Shown piece after piece: positions 51,025-64,000 of a stretch of DNA of 64,000 nt. The stretch covers positions 111,786,001-111,850,000 of the forward strand of contig OZ024745.1 of NCBI GenBank assembly GCA_964016885.1, in the 5' to 3' direction. The position numbers and the translations under genes are program-made. Positions within the stretch are counted from its first letter, which is position 1. The number at the start of each line of letters is the position of its first letter. The stretch is from Eledone cirrhosa (lineage: Eukaryota). Below the pieces are notes generated by a model that had not been told where the DNA came from, searched no databases, and worked only from the letters and a program-made list of their open reading frames with translations.

Positions 51025-51079
51025 CGTACATATATATATATCTATCTATATATATGTATATATGTATATACACATATAT

Positions 51080-51120
<41 letters not shown>

Positions 51121-51141
51121 TATACATATATGTATATACAC

Positions 51142-51197
<56 letters not shown>

Positions 51198-51458
51198 ATA
51201 TATATATACATATATGTATATACACGTATATATATATATATATGTATGTATATATATATATACATATATGTATCTACACGTATATATATATATATATATA
51301 TGTATGTATATATATATATATACATATATGTATATACACGTATATATATATATATGTATGTATATATATACATATATGTATATACACGTATATATATATA
51401 TATATGTATGTATATATATATATACATATATGTATATACACGTATATATATATATATT

Positions 51459-51491
<33 letters not shown>

Positions 51492-51521
51492 ATATATATA
51501 TATACATATATGTATATACAC

Positions 51522-51589
<68 letters not shown>

Positions 51590-51718
51590 ATATATATACA
51601 TATATGTATATACACGTATATATATATATATGTATGTATATATATATATACATATATGTATATACACGTATATATATATATGTATGTATATATATATATA
51701 CATATATGTATATACACG

Positions 51719-51752
<34 letters not shown>

Positions 51753-51795
51753 CACGTATATATATATATATATATATACATATATGTATATACAC

Positions 51796-51860
<65 letters not shown>

Positions 51861-52008
51861 TATGTATATATATATATATACATATATGTATATACATATA
51901 TATGTATATATATATATATACATATATGTATATACAAGTACATATATATATATACATGTACATATATATATATGTATATATATATATATACATGTACATA
52001 TACATATA

Positions 52009-52052
<44 letters not shown>
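51025..52052. repeat. Compound microsatellite with higher-order unit tacatatatgtatatacacg(ta)n
   Basis: Seen directly. Confidence 0.95.
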
Positions 52053-52786
52053 GCCCTTAAGCAAGAAACTTACGCCCTCAAGTTATTGAACATATACAGA
52101 CACATATACAGACACTTGTAGGTATATTTATTTTATAGTAGTCTTGCTCTCAAATATACCTTTCTGGTGAATAATTTTAATATAGCTGGATATTTAAGAC
52201 TGACCTTTTACTCCAAGTAAAAAGCAAAGAAAGGTCAGACACCACTTATAATCCTTGCTAGTAACTGATTCAAAATATAACAGTGACCAACTAACAATTG
52301 GTGTTTCCTTTCTTCTGGCTGAATATGGCAGCCTGTGAGAAAGCCTGGAGGAAGTACTCATCATGCTTAGAGAAAAGATTCTGCAAATTGTACTGATTTT
52401 CTTTTGTTTGTTTCCTTTCTCTGTCTTTCTATGCTAACTCACCCCACTACTCTATCTTTAACTAATCTGTACAAATAATAATCCAGTGTTGATTAAGAGG
52501 TAACAGTTTATACAGAAATATCACTTAGATATCAATATATAATGTTTTTTTGTAGTTGTTTTGTTTTGCTAAATCTTTCATTTTGTTTCATTGTTATTTG
52601 TTTGTAGGCCAAATACATGCACTGTCCATCATAAACCTAGTTTACCTCTACTGTCTGGTTCTTGAGTACATTTAGCAGGAATGTCATCTGTTGCAAGCAC
52701 TTTGGCTCAACCATTTTGTTTTCACACTTCTCCACTATTACTTAGATTTTGTTCTGCTGATGTTCTTGTTGGACATTAGGCAGTAT

Positions 52787-52982
52787 CAGACCTGTCAACC
52801 TCTAAAAACCCAAACGGGGAGTACTTTGAAAAAAAGTGCCCCCAAAGCAGGGAGAAATGAGGCAAAATGGGGAGATTTTACAGAATGAAATGTATACCCA
52901 TTTTCACAAGAGAAGATATCTCTCACCCACCCCAAAGTGGGGGGGAGATGTCTCAATCAGGTGGGGAGAGTTGACAGGTCTG
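52787..52982. mobile_element. MITE with 13-bp TIR and 6-bp TSD
   Basis: CAGACCTGTCAAC / GTTGACAGGTCTG; CAGTAT on both flanks. Confidence 0.8.
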
Positions 52983-53146
52983 CAGTATAAAACTGACCAG
53001 TCGCCAAGAACCAGCAAAGAACATAGACTCTGCTTCTCTTCCTTTTACATAGGTTTAGATAGCCATCTATTGAAGGTTTCTTGGATGGTTTTACAATAGA
53101 GACCCATGGTCCTATCATGTTACATATTCTGTAAAGTATTCAGTTA

Positions 53147-54323
53147 TCTATATATCTAAAACAGAGAATGTCTGTCTGTCTGACTCCCTAAAACTCGAGA
53201 ACCACCTAACCGATTTTTTTCATACTTTACACATGTAATACTTATGGTCATGTGAGTGTTTTTGAGCAAAAAATATTTCAAATTTTCAATGCCCTAGGGA
53301 CCGCATTAGGAGAAAAACCGCATATTTTAGGCTTTAAAGGCCTTTTTGAGGCATAACAGAACAATAATCCAGGCGATTTTTTCAAAATTTGCATTACTTA
53401 TGTCGTTTAAAGTGTTTTGAGCAAAAAAGATCGTCTCATTTTTGCCCCAGGGACAGCATTAGGCGAAAAACCGACTTTTTGAAGCATTTTGGTTGCATTA
53501 GGGCTCGTAACTCGAGAAGTACCCAACCGATTTTTTTTAAACTTTGCATATGCATTACTTATGTTTCACACATTTTCTTGATTGAAAAAGATTTCAAATT
53601 TTTACCTGGAGACCGCATCGTTTAGCATTTTGGTTGCGTTAGGGCCTGTAACCTTAAAAGTATCCAACTAAATTCCTTCATGCTCTCCACAACTGCAGTC
53701 CCACATGCTTACTGCTCTGTAACTATTGCTTTCATTGTACCATAGCACAACAAATACATGTTCGGTTTGTCGAATGCCTTTTTACTTAATCCTATCATCT
53801 TGGCTTTCATGGGTTGAACATTTTACTCTCAGGCACCCAAATAAATCTCTGGTTATCTACGACAAATTTTTTTTATAAGCATAAAATGTAGACACCATCC
53901 CCAGGCCGAGGTATTCCGTACTTCTCTGTACTGTTTCAGAAAGGAGGGATAAACATGCCAATCTATGTTTAGAATCCCGAGCAACGCCGGGCCATTCTGC
54001 TAGTCTATATATCTAAAACAGAGAATGTCTGTCTGTCTCCCTAAAACTTGAGAACCACCCAACCGATTTTTTTCAAACTTTACACATGTAATACTTATAG
54101 TTGTGTGAGTGTTTTGAGCAAGAAATATTTCAAATTTTCAATGTTCTAGAGACTGCATTAGGCGATTTAGCGATCTCTCTCTCTTTCTTAGTCTGTCTTT
54201 TTAGATAGATACATAGATATAACATTGTGCCCTTATAATATCTGTCTGTATATCTGGCTGTCTGCATTACAACATTATGACACTATCTGTGTGTGTGTGT
54301 GTGTGTATATATGTATATATATA

Positions 54324-54371
<48 letters not shown>

Positions 54372-54943
54372 TGTAACATTTTTCAAAATATTTACTTCTG
54401 CGTTCACAGATGGATTTTTTTAGTTTCAGAAGATCCTGTTAAGGGTGAAAGCAGTGATTCTTCGCTTAAACTTTCATCTGTTATTTTAATATATATATAT
54501 ATAATTATATATTTGTGTACCGATATTTTTGCATACACAATAACAAAATATAAACAAACGTATTTATTTCACGAGGCTCGATAAGGATAAATATATATCA
54601 AATATATAAGAACCCTGAGCAAATATTGTTCTCATTGCTGACGAGGTAGAAGGGGATATACACGATTAGCTAAAGAAGGACGAGACTGTGATAGTAGTAC
54701 GACCAACGGCTGCTATCACACCAACAGCAGCAAAAACAACAACAAAAAAAAAGAGGGAACACAATTACATGCTTTTGAAAAATCTTGATGGAAAATTATT
54801 TGCCTATTCACCCAAGGCGACTTCACTTTTTATTAGGACTTCTGCATCAATTGGTGAACATATGACGAAACTGTTTCAGAAAGGAGGAATAAACATGCCA
54901 ATCTATGTTTAGAATCCCGAGCAACGCCGGGCCATTCTGCTAG
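53147..54943 (+). mobile_element. Non-autonomous Helitron head-to-tail dimer
   Basis: A|TC start, cccgagcaacgccggg hairpin plus CTAG at 54003 and 54943, CTAG|TC junction, final CTAG|T. Confidence 0.88.
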
Positions 54944-55058
54944 TATATATATCATTAGCACAGATTAAAAATGTAAGTAAACAATTTCTGCTTTCATCCT
55001 AAAGTGAAATATTTTGTGTTTCTATAAATATTTACTCTACAGGGTTTAAATATATTAT

Positions 55059-55095
<37 letters not shown>

Positions 55096-55407
55096 CCACA
55101 CATGCGCACACAATATACATATGAATGCTTGTGTGTATACCAGTTGCCACAAAATTCATATCAACAGTCTATATAAAAATCATAGATGACAGTTGTCTGT
55201 CTTCCCAGAAACAATCAGCATGACACAGTGTGTGACAAAGCTAGCTTTTTGAATTATAGGTACAAATTAATTTTTCCAGCTGAATGAACTAAAGCAATAA
55301 AGGTTACAATATGCTGCTGGAAATCAAACCCGTGACCTTATGATCATGAGTCAAAAACCTAATCACTAAGCCATGGCTCTTTCACTTGTATAAATACCTA
55401 TATGTAT

Positions 55408-55870
55408 AAAAAAAAGCACCCAGTCCACCCTGTGATAGTAGTTGTGTTCGTGACATGAGAAAAAAGCACCCAGTTCACTCTATAAAGTTATCATATTGGT
55501 GACAGGAGAAAAAAAGCACCCAGTCTACCTAATAAGGTGGTTGTCTTGGTGATATGAAAATTAACACCCAGTTCACACTGTAAGGTGGTCTTGCTGGTGA
55601 TATGATAAAAAAAGCACCCAATTCACTCTGTTAGATGGTTGTTTTGCTGTCACAATAAAAAGCACCCAGTTCACCCTGTTAGATGGTTGTTTTGCTGTCA
55701 TGATAAAAAGCACCCAGTCCACACTTACATGTTTGGCATTAGGAAGGGCACCTAGTTGTAGAAACCAAACCAAAATACAGATCCATATGAGTAAGACGTA
55801 GCCACCTGATTTGTCTCACAACATGACAACCTGTCTAATCCATGCAAGCATGTCTAATCCATGCAATGAT
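55408..55870 (+). repeat. Tandemly expanded RTE 3' UTR unit (~54 bp) and tail
   Basis: Repeats of aaaaagcacccagttcactctgt...; same as 7785-8150. Confidence 0.75.
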
Positions 55871-57189
55871 GTGGATATATTGGTAAAAGTAGGGGTCCTC
55901 AACTTTCACTAATATATGTATATATATATATATATGGCATTTCTTCCATGAATGCAATGCATGCCTAATATATTCATATACTCCCCCTCTGCAAAACCCT
56001 AAAAAAAAACAAGAAAATCTCTCGAGTTATACAACAAAGACTTTTCTTATATTAGAACTTCATGCACCATTAGAGCTTGCTTACAGACCAGTCAGCAGCT
56101 GAGAGCTTTGTTACAAGTTAGTCACCTGATTCATGCTTTGGGATTCAATTGCTAATCATCATCATTATTATCATCACCATATTTTAAAATGTTCCTTCTG
56201 TTTTCCATGATGGCATAGGCTGGATAGTCATTATGGTCTGAGTCAGTTCTTATTCAGAATTACTCTTCTCTTAGATGGTTCAGTAAGCTCACACATACTA
56301 GAATTTGGTGTAGTTTCTATGACTAGCAGCCCTTCCTAACACAGACCACTCTGCAAAGTGACTGGTGTTAGGAAGGCTAGTGTACTAATTAAAGAGTCAT
56401 TTCTACCCTATGTTGTTTCGGTTAATTTTTCAACCAATTTATAGGGTGAATTTTACCATGGCACCAGCATTAGAGAGAGTATCTTGTCTATAATTTATGT
56501 ATTGTTTCAGTGTTTTAATTTACTTTATAGGTATTTGAAGGTGACAAATTGGCTGAATCTTTAGAATATCGGATAGAATGCTTTGCAATATTCATTTTGG
56601 CTATCTACTCTCTGAGTTCAAATCCTACTGAAGCCAACTTTGCCTTTCATCCATGCAAGATCGATAAAAAAAGTACCAGTCTAGTACTGGGGTTGACTCT
56701 TCCTCTATATCTATTTTTCACTTTCTTTCTCTATCCTTCTCTAGAAGAAATCTGCTGTATTCAGACTTCGAGAGGAGATGGGCTCTGTCAGGTTTTTAAA
56801 AAAATGCCCTAGAAGTGCTGTATGTCATTATAGTACCCCTACAACTCCCTTAGGAGTTATGGGTTCATATACACACAAAGGTGTTTGAAGTTATTTTAGT
56901 CTTTCACAAGTGCTTTGTAAATGAGTGCTTAACATTACTTCCATCATTTTGGCCAATTATATTTCCAATACTTATGCTACACTGCTATGGCTGTGAAGTT
57001 TTTTTTATTGGGTTAAGTAAAATGCCATTTAGTTCACTTTCTTTTAATGAAAAGAAACACATAGTAGACAGTGGAAGACCTGTACTGACATTAAACTAAA
57101 TGAAAGTAAACAAAGGATACACAAGAACATTTAACTCTGAACTTTATGAAACTTACTTATTTGGAAATATTTCTAATATTAAATTTTAT

Positions 57190-58290
57190 TGCTGGCTATG
57201 TCTGCTATTTTCAAAAGAAAAGTCAGTATAGAGTTCTGTAAATAAAGGATATGATTGTGTAAATAACCTGCTTACTGCAATTGTTCACCATTAAAAATCA
57301 GTGATCCATTTACAAGAACATGTTATTCTTAAACAATTTAGAAAAGGAGGTATAATCGATTTAGTGCTCAACCAGCAGAAATCACTTGTTATTAGCTAAC
57401 TCAATGAAGTTTTGAAAAATAAAAATATCTTAAAAAGATGTAAGATAACATAATTTTGGGAAATGCAAGAAATAGTTTTTCATAGTCACATTGAAAATGA
57501 GTTATCTGACAACAGGAGTAAACTATATTGATTTAGCCTTCTGTGTCACTGATTTCGATGAAAACTTGTAAGCTCATTTCAAAATTCCTCTTGCTGTTTT
57601 AGGGTTGTTATCAACTATTCATGACAATCTAATTTTGTCACTCTTGGTTAAAATCAAAAAGAATATTAGAGAATGCATGTATTTAATGGACAAGTTCAAT
57701 TGTTGTGGGTTATATTGATAGAAATGAAGAAAATTCTGAAAGGTTGCTTGGAGTTATAGAGTTTATTGAAGACAGCAGTGTGTACTCAGGCTATTAAAGA
57801 ATTTACTGGATCTTGGCTGTTTAAAGCAGTTATTTGCTCAAATGTATGACATTGCTACTGTCATGGTAAGCACATTTAATGGTGTTCAAGCAAAAATAGG
57901 AAAAGAGAGTGTGTACTAGAGGCTATAATTCTTTGCACTGCTATGTGCAAACTTAATCTTCTTTTAATTCAAGCAGTCTCTCACTTTCTTGAGGGCAATA
58001 CATTTTTCACAATATTAGGTAGTATATTGTCATTTCTCAGCAGTTCCATGAAGCACACTATATTGTATGATGATATTGTAAGAAAATATTTCCCAAAGCT
58101 TGCTCCTCCAACATGGAACTATTCATCTTGATTAGTTGAAATTTAAAGAGAATAAAGAATCTTTTTGATGGTATTCTGGAAAATCAAAAATATTTTGATG
58201 ATAAAAAGAAAAATGATGTAAGAGGAGGAGGATTTTCAGCAGATTTTGAAACATTCAAATTTAATTTCTTATTAGAAGTTATTTTCTTGT
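57190..58290 (+). mobile_element. Highly decayed hAT transposase remnant (DUF4371/ZMYM1-like)
   Basis: Frame-broken AQMYDIATVM..TFNGVQAKI, LHCY..LNLLL.Q, FPKLAPPTWNYSS. Confidence 0.65.
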
Positions 58291-60039
58291 ATTTTTGATA
58301 CTAAACTGCCCCTGATTTTATGATACAAAGCTGTTTATTTTAATTGTGTTTTTATTTATCTAAAAACCTTGCATAATTTTATGCTAGAACCGTTAAGTTA
58401 TGCTCCAAAAACCAGCTTAATAATGAGGAAATCAATTATATTACTAAATCCTTTCAAATGCTTGATTAATTTCAAAGTGATTTTAAAATTATAAGTAGTG
58501 TCTTTCATTAGAAATATAGTAACAATAAGGTTAAGGTTTTACAAATGAAATCTAAGGATATCATTTTTACCTGTATTACTCATTGAAAGAACTTTTACCA
58601 AAATTCAAGTAATGAGAAAAGCTAAATTTGATGGCATGTGGTACTTGAAAGCATTTGGTGCCTGTTGCAGAAACAAATTTTTCACCTTAATATTATTGAA
58701 AATATTTCTCTGAAATATTTAATATTATTATTGTTCAGATGAAATAGGAATTTAAGTTTGAAAAATATGGAATTTATCAAAATTTAGACTGCTCATTAAT
58801 ATTGCTTTTCCAGAGAAGACCTTCTAATTATTAAAAAATAACCATAATTCATTTTTTGATTTTGATTGTCTCAGGTCTAAATTAACTGTTTTGTTTTCAC
58901 ACAAGTGTTTCACCAAAACAGTATTGAAAATTTTGAACTTATACTTGTCTGGAAAGTGACTTGATTTGAGATTGTACATTGAAACTTACGGAAGAACCAT
59001 TTTAGTCTTAAAAATTCACAAAAACTTAACTTCACTTTACATTTATCATTTATTTCTTAGTATCATTAAGAAATAAATGAAAAATCTAAAGTGAAATTAA
59101 TGGGTTTTGTGTGTTTTGTAATTGCTAATATTGAAAAGTACTTTTGATACCACATTTTTAATGAAAGACACCATGTATAATTTCTAAATCATTTTGAAAA
59201 TAATCAAGATTTTGAAGGGATTTAGTAAAACAAACTTTCTAATTATTAAGCTGGTGTTTAGAACATAACAAAGATTCTTACATAAAATTATGAAGGCAAG
59301 TTTTTAGGTAAATATAAGCACTTTGAAACAAACAGTTTTGTATCATAGAAGCAAAGGTGGTTTCAGATATTGAAAGGGTTGAATATTTGTTATAAAATGA
59401 AATGCATGAAGGTTTTCCATAGTGTTTTTGTTTGCTGGAGGTGGTCAAATGACAAATAGCAAGTGAGTAAGTGACAGCAGATGTAAAATGAAAATAAAAT
59501 ACATTACTCATTTATAAGCGGAGAAATATGTGACAAAAAAAAAAAAAAATCAATGGTAAAATGGAGGTGGGGTGTCCGCTTATATTTGAGGTCAATGTTT
59601 TGTGATTTTCACAAACTCAAATATCTAAGTAAAAAAATGCATCAAAATATCTAGAGTGATGCATACGAATACTTCCAGCAATTTCTGTGAGTGAAAAAGA
59701 CAATATTTGAAAAACTCTTACCATCGTACTTATAAAATATATCTGTAAAATATGCAATTTGATGGACATTACAAGGAAATAACTTGAGGTGGGGGCAGTA
59801 CACTGTAGTTATGCATATAATGAACTGTGTATATATATATATATATATATATAGTTCATTGAAACACTGTAATGATAAATATAAACATTTATAAACATAG
59901 TTTTATAAAATTGACACATAGACACACATGTATTTATAATTATACATAAACAGTGACATACACACATAAAATTACAACCACATAAACATAAAAAGACTAT
60001 ATATATATAATGTAAAATTTGAACAGGAACAAAACAGAG

Positions 60040-61100
60040 AGGCAGTACAACGAATGTTTATTAATTTCACGCTCTGGAGAGTGGGGTGGTGGTGGGGAAT
60101 GACGTTTCGGGCATAAGCCCTTCCTCAGGTGAGAAGTGTGTGGGAAGAGAGTTCAAAGGGTGTGTAGGGGAGTGGTGGAGAGACATATAGCGAAAAGGGG
60201 GTGGGAGGAAACGGTGCGAATGAAATTAAAAATAAAAATAAAAATAAAGCATGATCAAAATAAAATGAAATGAAATAAAAATAAATATAAAAGCATGATC
60301 AAAATAAACTGAAATTAAAAAGGGGTAAAACAGGTGGTGGAAGGGTGTGGGGTGTGTAGGGGTGGTGGCGGGTGGAGTGGGGAGAGGGAGACGGGGTGTC
60401 CGAGCGGGGAGGGCTGAAGGTGGTGTGTGTGTGTAGGTGTACATGTGTGTGTGTGTGTATGTGAAAGCAAGGGTTGGGGGAAGAATGGGGTTGCATGTTC
60501 AGGAAGAGGTGTGTGTGGGGTGGGGTGTAGGTCGGAGTGTGTGTGCGTGTGTGGATAGAGGGGTGGGGGAGAGGAATCCGGAGGCTGAAGGTGTAAATAT
60601 GTGGTGGAAAGCACACGTGTGTGTGGGGTTTAAGCGTGTTGTGGGTGTAGGTGGCGTGTGGGAGAAAAATTTTTTTTTGGGGTGTGTGTGTGTGGGTGAG
60701 TTATATAGGTGATTCCGTAAGAGGATGTGGTTGAAATGTTGGTAAACTCCTATGATGGTAGTAGATTCCACAGTGGTCAAGTTCCACATACGAGTATTCC
60801 ATGAAGAGATGGTCGGAAGAGGAGAGATGTGGGGTGCGCGCGCAACAGGAAGTAGTCAAGGCGGTGGGAGTGCTGTGTGTCTGTTTGTGCTGGGAGGTGG
60901 TCAGAGGGCATAGCAGCAGTCGGGTGGAATGGTAAAGGGGCGAGGATGGGTAGGTGTGTGTGTGTATTAGTAGAGGTGTTAGTGGGATGAGTGAGTGTGG
61001 AGAAAGGGTGTGAGTGGAGCGGGGAGAGAAGGGTGTGGGGGTCGATGGAGGGAGTGTGGTGTACTGGTGTGTGTGTAGTTTGATGAAGGGGGTGTTAGTG
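60040..61100 (-). mobile_element. Decayed Penelope-like 3' region with hammerhead core at 60096-60133
   Basis: CTGAGGA agggcttatgccc GAAA cg TC; C/A-rich low-complexity UTR. Confidence 0.45.
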
Positions 61101-62370
61101 GGTATATATATATAGACGCACATACATATATCTATACACGCACACACATATATATATATATGCACATTTATTGTATACCTACATTTGTTTCATTCGATGT
61201 ATATGTTAAATAAAAACCTATTACATTCAGAAGATGGTGCTATTGTTGTCTGCTAAAAGGAAGTTAACAAAAGTCAAGAAACTTGTTGAAACTTTATAAA
61301 ATGGATGAAATGGTAAAAAAATCATCATGTAATGGAGTTGTGAAACAAAAACTGTACTCTAAACGACACTGAAAAAACATTTTAGATATTGAAATATTCT
61401 CCATTTCTCAGACATAAAATAGGGGAGGGGGAGGATTATATTTGGATTGGTTTAAACAGGAGTGTATATTGTAAGTGGAAACTTTTTATCCTAACAGCTG
61501 AATATGAACTTACAGAAACAATTAATGTCACTTTTAGGGCAACAAAGTCAACAATTGTAAAGAAATTTGACATTTAACCCTTTAGCATTTACATTACTTT
61601 ATATTTACTATTGTATTTTAACTTTAAAGGCTTTACCTCACATAATCATCTCATAATATCAAATCTATGAGATTTTGATATTATTTATTTAAACCCTTTA
61701 GCATTCACATTACTCTATATATACTATTATATTTTCATGGTAAAGGCTTTTCCTCGCATAATTATCTCACATAATATCGAATCTATGAGATTTTGAAAGT
61801 ATTTATTTTGAGAACAATACCTTAACATCAGTTTGAGTGACTAGTTACAGCCAGTTTCAACAGAAAAAGGTAGAGAATTCTGGCCGGTTTGAACATTAAA
61901 GGGTTAAGAACAATACCTTAACATCAGTTTGAGCAGCCAGTTTGAACAGAAAGAGGTGAAAGAATTCTGGCCAGATATGGCCGGTTTAAATGCTAAAGGG
62001 TTAATCACACTACCCTGACTAGGAAGAGTTAGAGAATGAAAATAAGCAGGTTTGGAGTATGAAGTTAGCTTTATGATGCTTTGTGCAGTTTCACTATGAA
62101 TACTGTGGTAAATGAATAAACTTCTAGAATGGTGACAATTACATGTAAATCTCAAACTTCTAGAATGGTGACAATTACATGTAAATCTCAATGTTTTGTA
62201 AATAATCTTGTCATAATAATTTTTGTAAATATAGTATTGACATTTTTAGGTAAATTTTTACAACTACCATTAAGCCATTTGACACTACTAAGCCATTTGA
62301 CAACCCTATCACCTTCTTGTCATCAACATTAACTATAAAAGGTTATTGAATACAATCAACAATGTCAATA

Positions 62371-62624
62371 CAGTGGAACCTTGGTTCACAAATTCAATTT
62401 GTTCCTGAAGGTCGTTTGTCACCCGAAATGTTCTTAAACCATAACTATTTTTCCTATACAAAATGTCAAGAGAGAAATACAGTGAAAAAGAGACTGTAAA
62501 AGGTAGATATATATCACCATAGTAACTTACACAGCAAGTGATGCTTTCCTGCTGATACTCCAAGCTTGTTACCAGCTTGCGTGTTCATTACTCGAGACAC
62601 CGTTCATGAACCGAGGTTCCATTG
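62371..62624. mobile_element. pogo/Tigger-like MITE
   Basis: TA cagtggaaccttggttca...tgaaccgaggttccattg TA. Confidence 0.85.
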
Positions 62625-62833
62625 TAGAATACTTGCATTATTTACATTCTTTCATTATTGAATGTCAAGATAAAATCTATATATAAATTTCTGCAATTCT
62701 ATCACAACACGTAAAGAGAAAGGAGTAGTTTGACTACCTCATACTACTCCTCTCTCTTTACATCTGCTGCCGGCGTGAATGTATGTGTGTGTAAAAGGAA
62801 AGAAGGGGATGTGTGTCTTTATTTGTTTATATG

Positions 62834-63017
62834 TGTGAATTGGCAGTATCGGTAGAGGGTCGGACGCCATGCTTTCCAGCATAGTTACGTCCCTTTACCA
62901 TCTGAGTTCAAATCCCGCCGAGGTTGACTTTGCCTTTCATCCTTACGGGGTCGATAAAATAAAGTACCAGTAATGCACTGGTAATTGCTGGCCTTGTGCC
63001 TAAAGTAGAAACAATTA
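62834..63017 (+). mobile_element. Full-length tRNA-derived SINE (family A)
   Basis: A box TGGCAGTATCGG (62841), B box GAGTTCAAATCC (62904); more than 12 copies in window. Confidence 0.88.
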
Positions 63018-63499
63018 ATTATGCAGACATTCAATATTTCAATGTTATTATCAACTGTCATTTCATCAGAATAATTTTATTGAGAACCTGTTTGGTTTTT
63101 ATAGAGAATATTAAGAGGGAGGGGTGAAGTTGTTAGAAGAATAGTTAAGGGAGTGGATAGAGATTTTTTTGATAGCAGTGAGAATTTTTGGTAGCAGTGA
63201 GTAATTAGATTCCCATCTGTTGTTTTGACATTTTTATAGAATACATTATTTGGCGTTGGTTATTTTTCTAAATCTATAGAAGGATTAGAGATAGTAAAGA
63301 TATGCATGGTTGGTTTTGTGTTTGCACTTAATTAACATACAGACTTAAATTTTTCTTTCAAGTGTACGTATCCGTTCGCCCACACATTCACACACAAACA
63401 TATATGCACACCTCTACAAAATACATACACTCATATATATATATATATATATACAATGATATTAAATAAATGGAAACTATATTTATAAAACCATATTTA

Positions 63500-63557
63500 T
63501 TCTATTATATATATTTCAAGGGTACCAAATATTTTGGTACGTTATCATCAGATAAAA
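63500..63557 (-). ncRNA. Minimal hammerhead (same family as 29.6 kb and 35.65 kb)
   Basis: ttttat CTGATGA taacgtacca...tggtaccctt GAAA tatata TA atagaa. Confidence 0.65.
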
Positions 63558-63674
63558 TACAAAATGTTTTATAAATATTTGACATGACCAAGGATAATAT
63601 ACCTTAACGGTTCAAGTTATCCCTGACTTTCCAGGGATAACTTGAATTGCAAACTTGACTGTCACCACACATTA

Positions 63675-63713
63675 TGAACCTGAAGATTGCGAAAGCATGA
63701 AAGTACTTGTTCA
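63675..63713 (+). ncRNA. Minimal type I hammerhead
   Basis: tgaac CTGAAGA ttgcgaaagcat GAAA gtac TT gttca: 5-bp stem I, GAAA-capped stem II, palindromic stem III. Confidence 0.75.
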
Positions 63714-63825
63714 ATCAACACTTAACATTTAATATTCTACCATACTATTTCATTCTAATACCATTATAAATTTTAAAGGATTGTAAATAAAATGAGTAAA
63801 TCAGACAAAGTTGGAATTCCTTTTA

Positions 63826-63864
<39 letters not shown>

Positions 63865-64000
63865 TTGAACACACATGCACTTACCTGTAAACATGTTTAC
63901 ATAAAGATATATACAGACACACAACTCAAAAACATTCACTTCTATATGTATCTTCATGATGATGTGTGCTTCTAATTTAGATGTTCCTCTTTGAGAATAA

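Noticed and set aside
49531-52121. Long YI/IY/MY-rich ORFs up to 386 aa
   Set aside because: Translations of (TA)n compound microsatellites
63020-63076. Hammerhead-like CTGATGA aatg...catt GAAA on the minus strand
   Set aside because: Stem I cannot form next to the cleavage triplet

Overview
AT-rich, repeat-dense eukaryotic DNA. The SINE, RTE and MITE repertoire and the (TA)n/(CAT)n microsatellites resemble an octopod cephalopod genome (inference). The only host gene I can support is at the left edge on the minus strand: a first coding exon (MSDCEKSEKNSRASSPNAENNRY-R-S), a 1.85 kb intron with good splice signals, and a candidate stop-containing cassette exon. This fits a transformer-2-like splicing regulator. 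The remaining ~62 kb is decayed mobile DNA: RTE LINEs (one near full length, with a PHD-type finger inside ORF2), tRNA-derived SINEs, CRE-clade and RNase H-bearing non-LTR remnants, mariner, maT (DD37D) and hAT relics, MITEs, a head-to-tail Helitron dimer, and Penelope-like GIY-YIG remnants. The most striking unannotated signal is about 15 intact or decayed minimal type I hammerhead-ribozyme motifs. Several sit back-to-back on fold-back arms next to TA microsatellites. All calls were made by eye; element boundaries without TIRs or TSDs are approximate.
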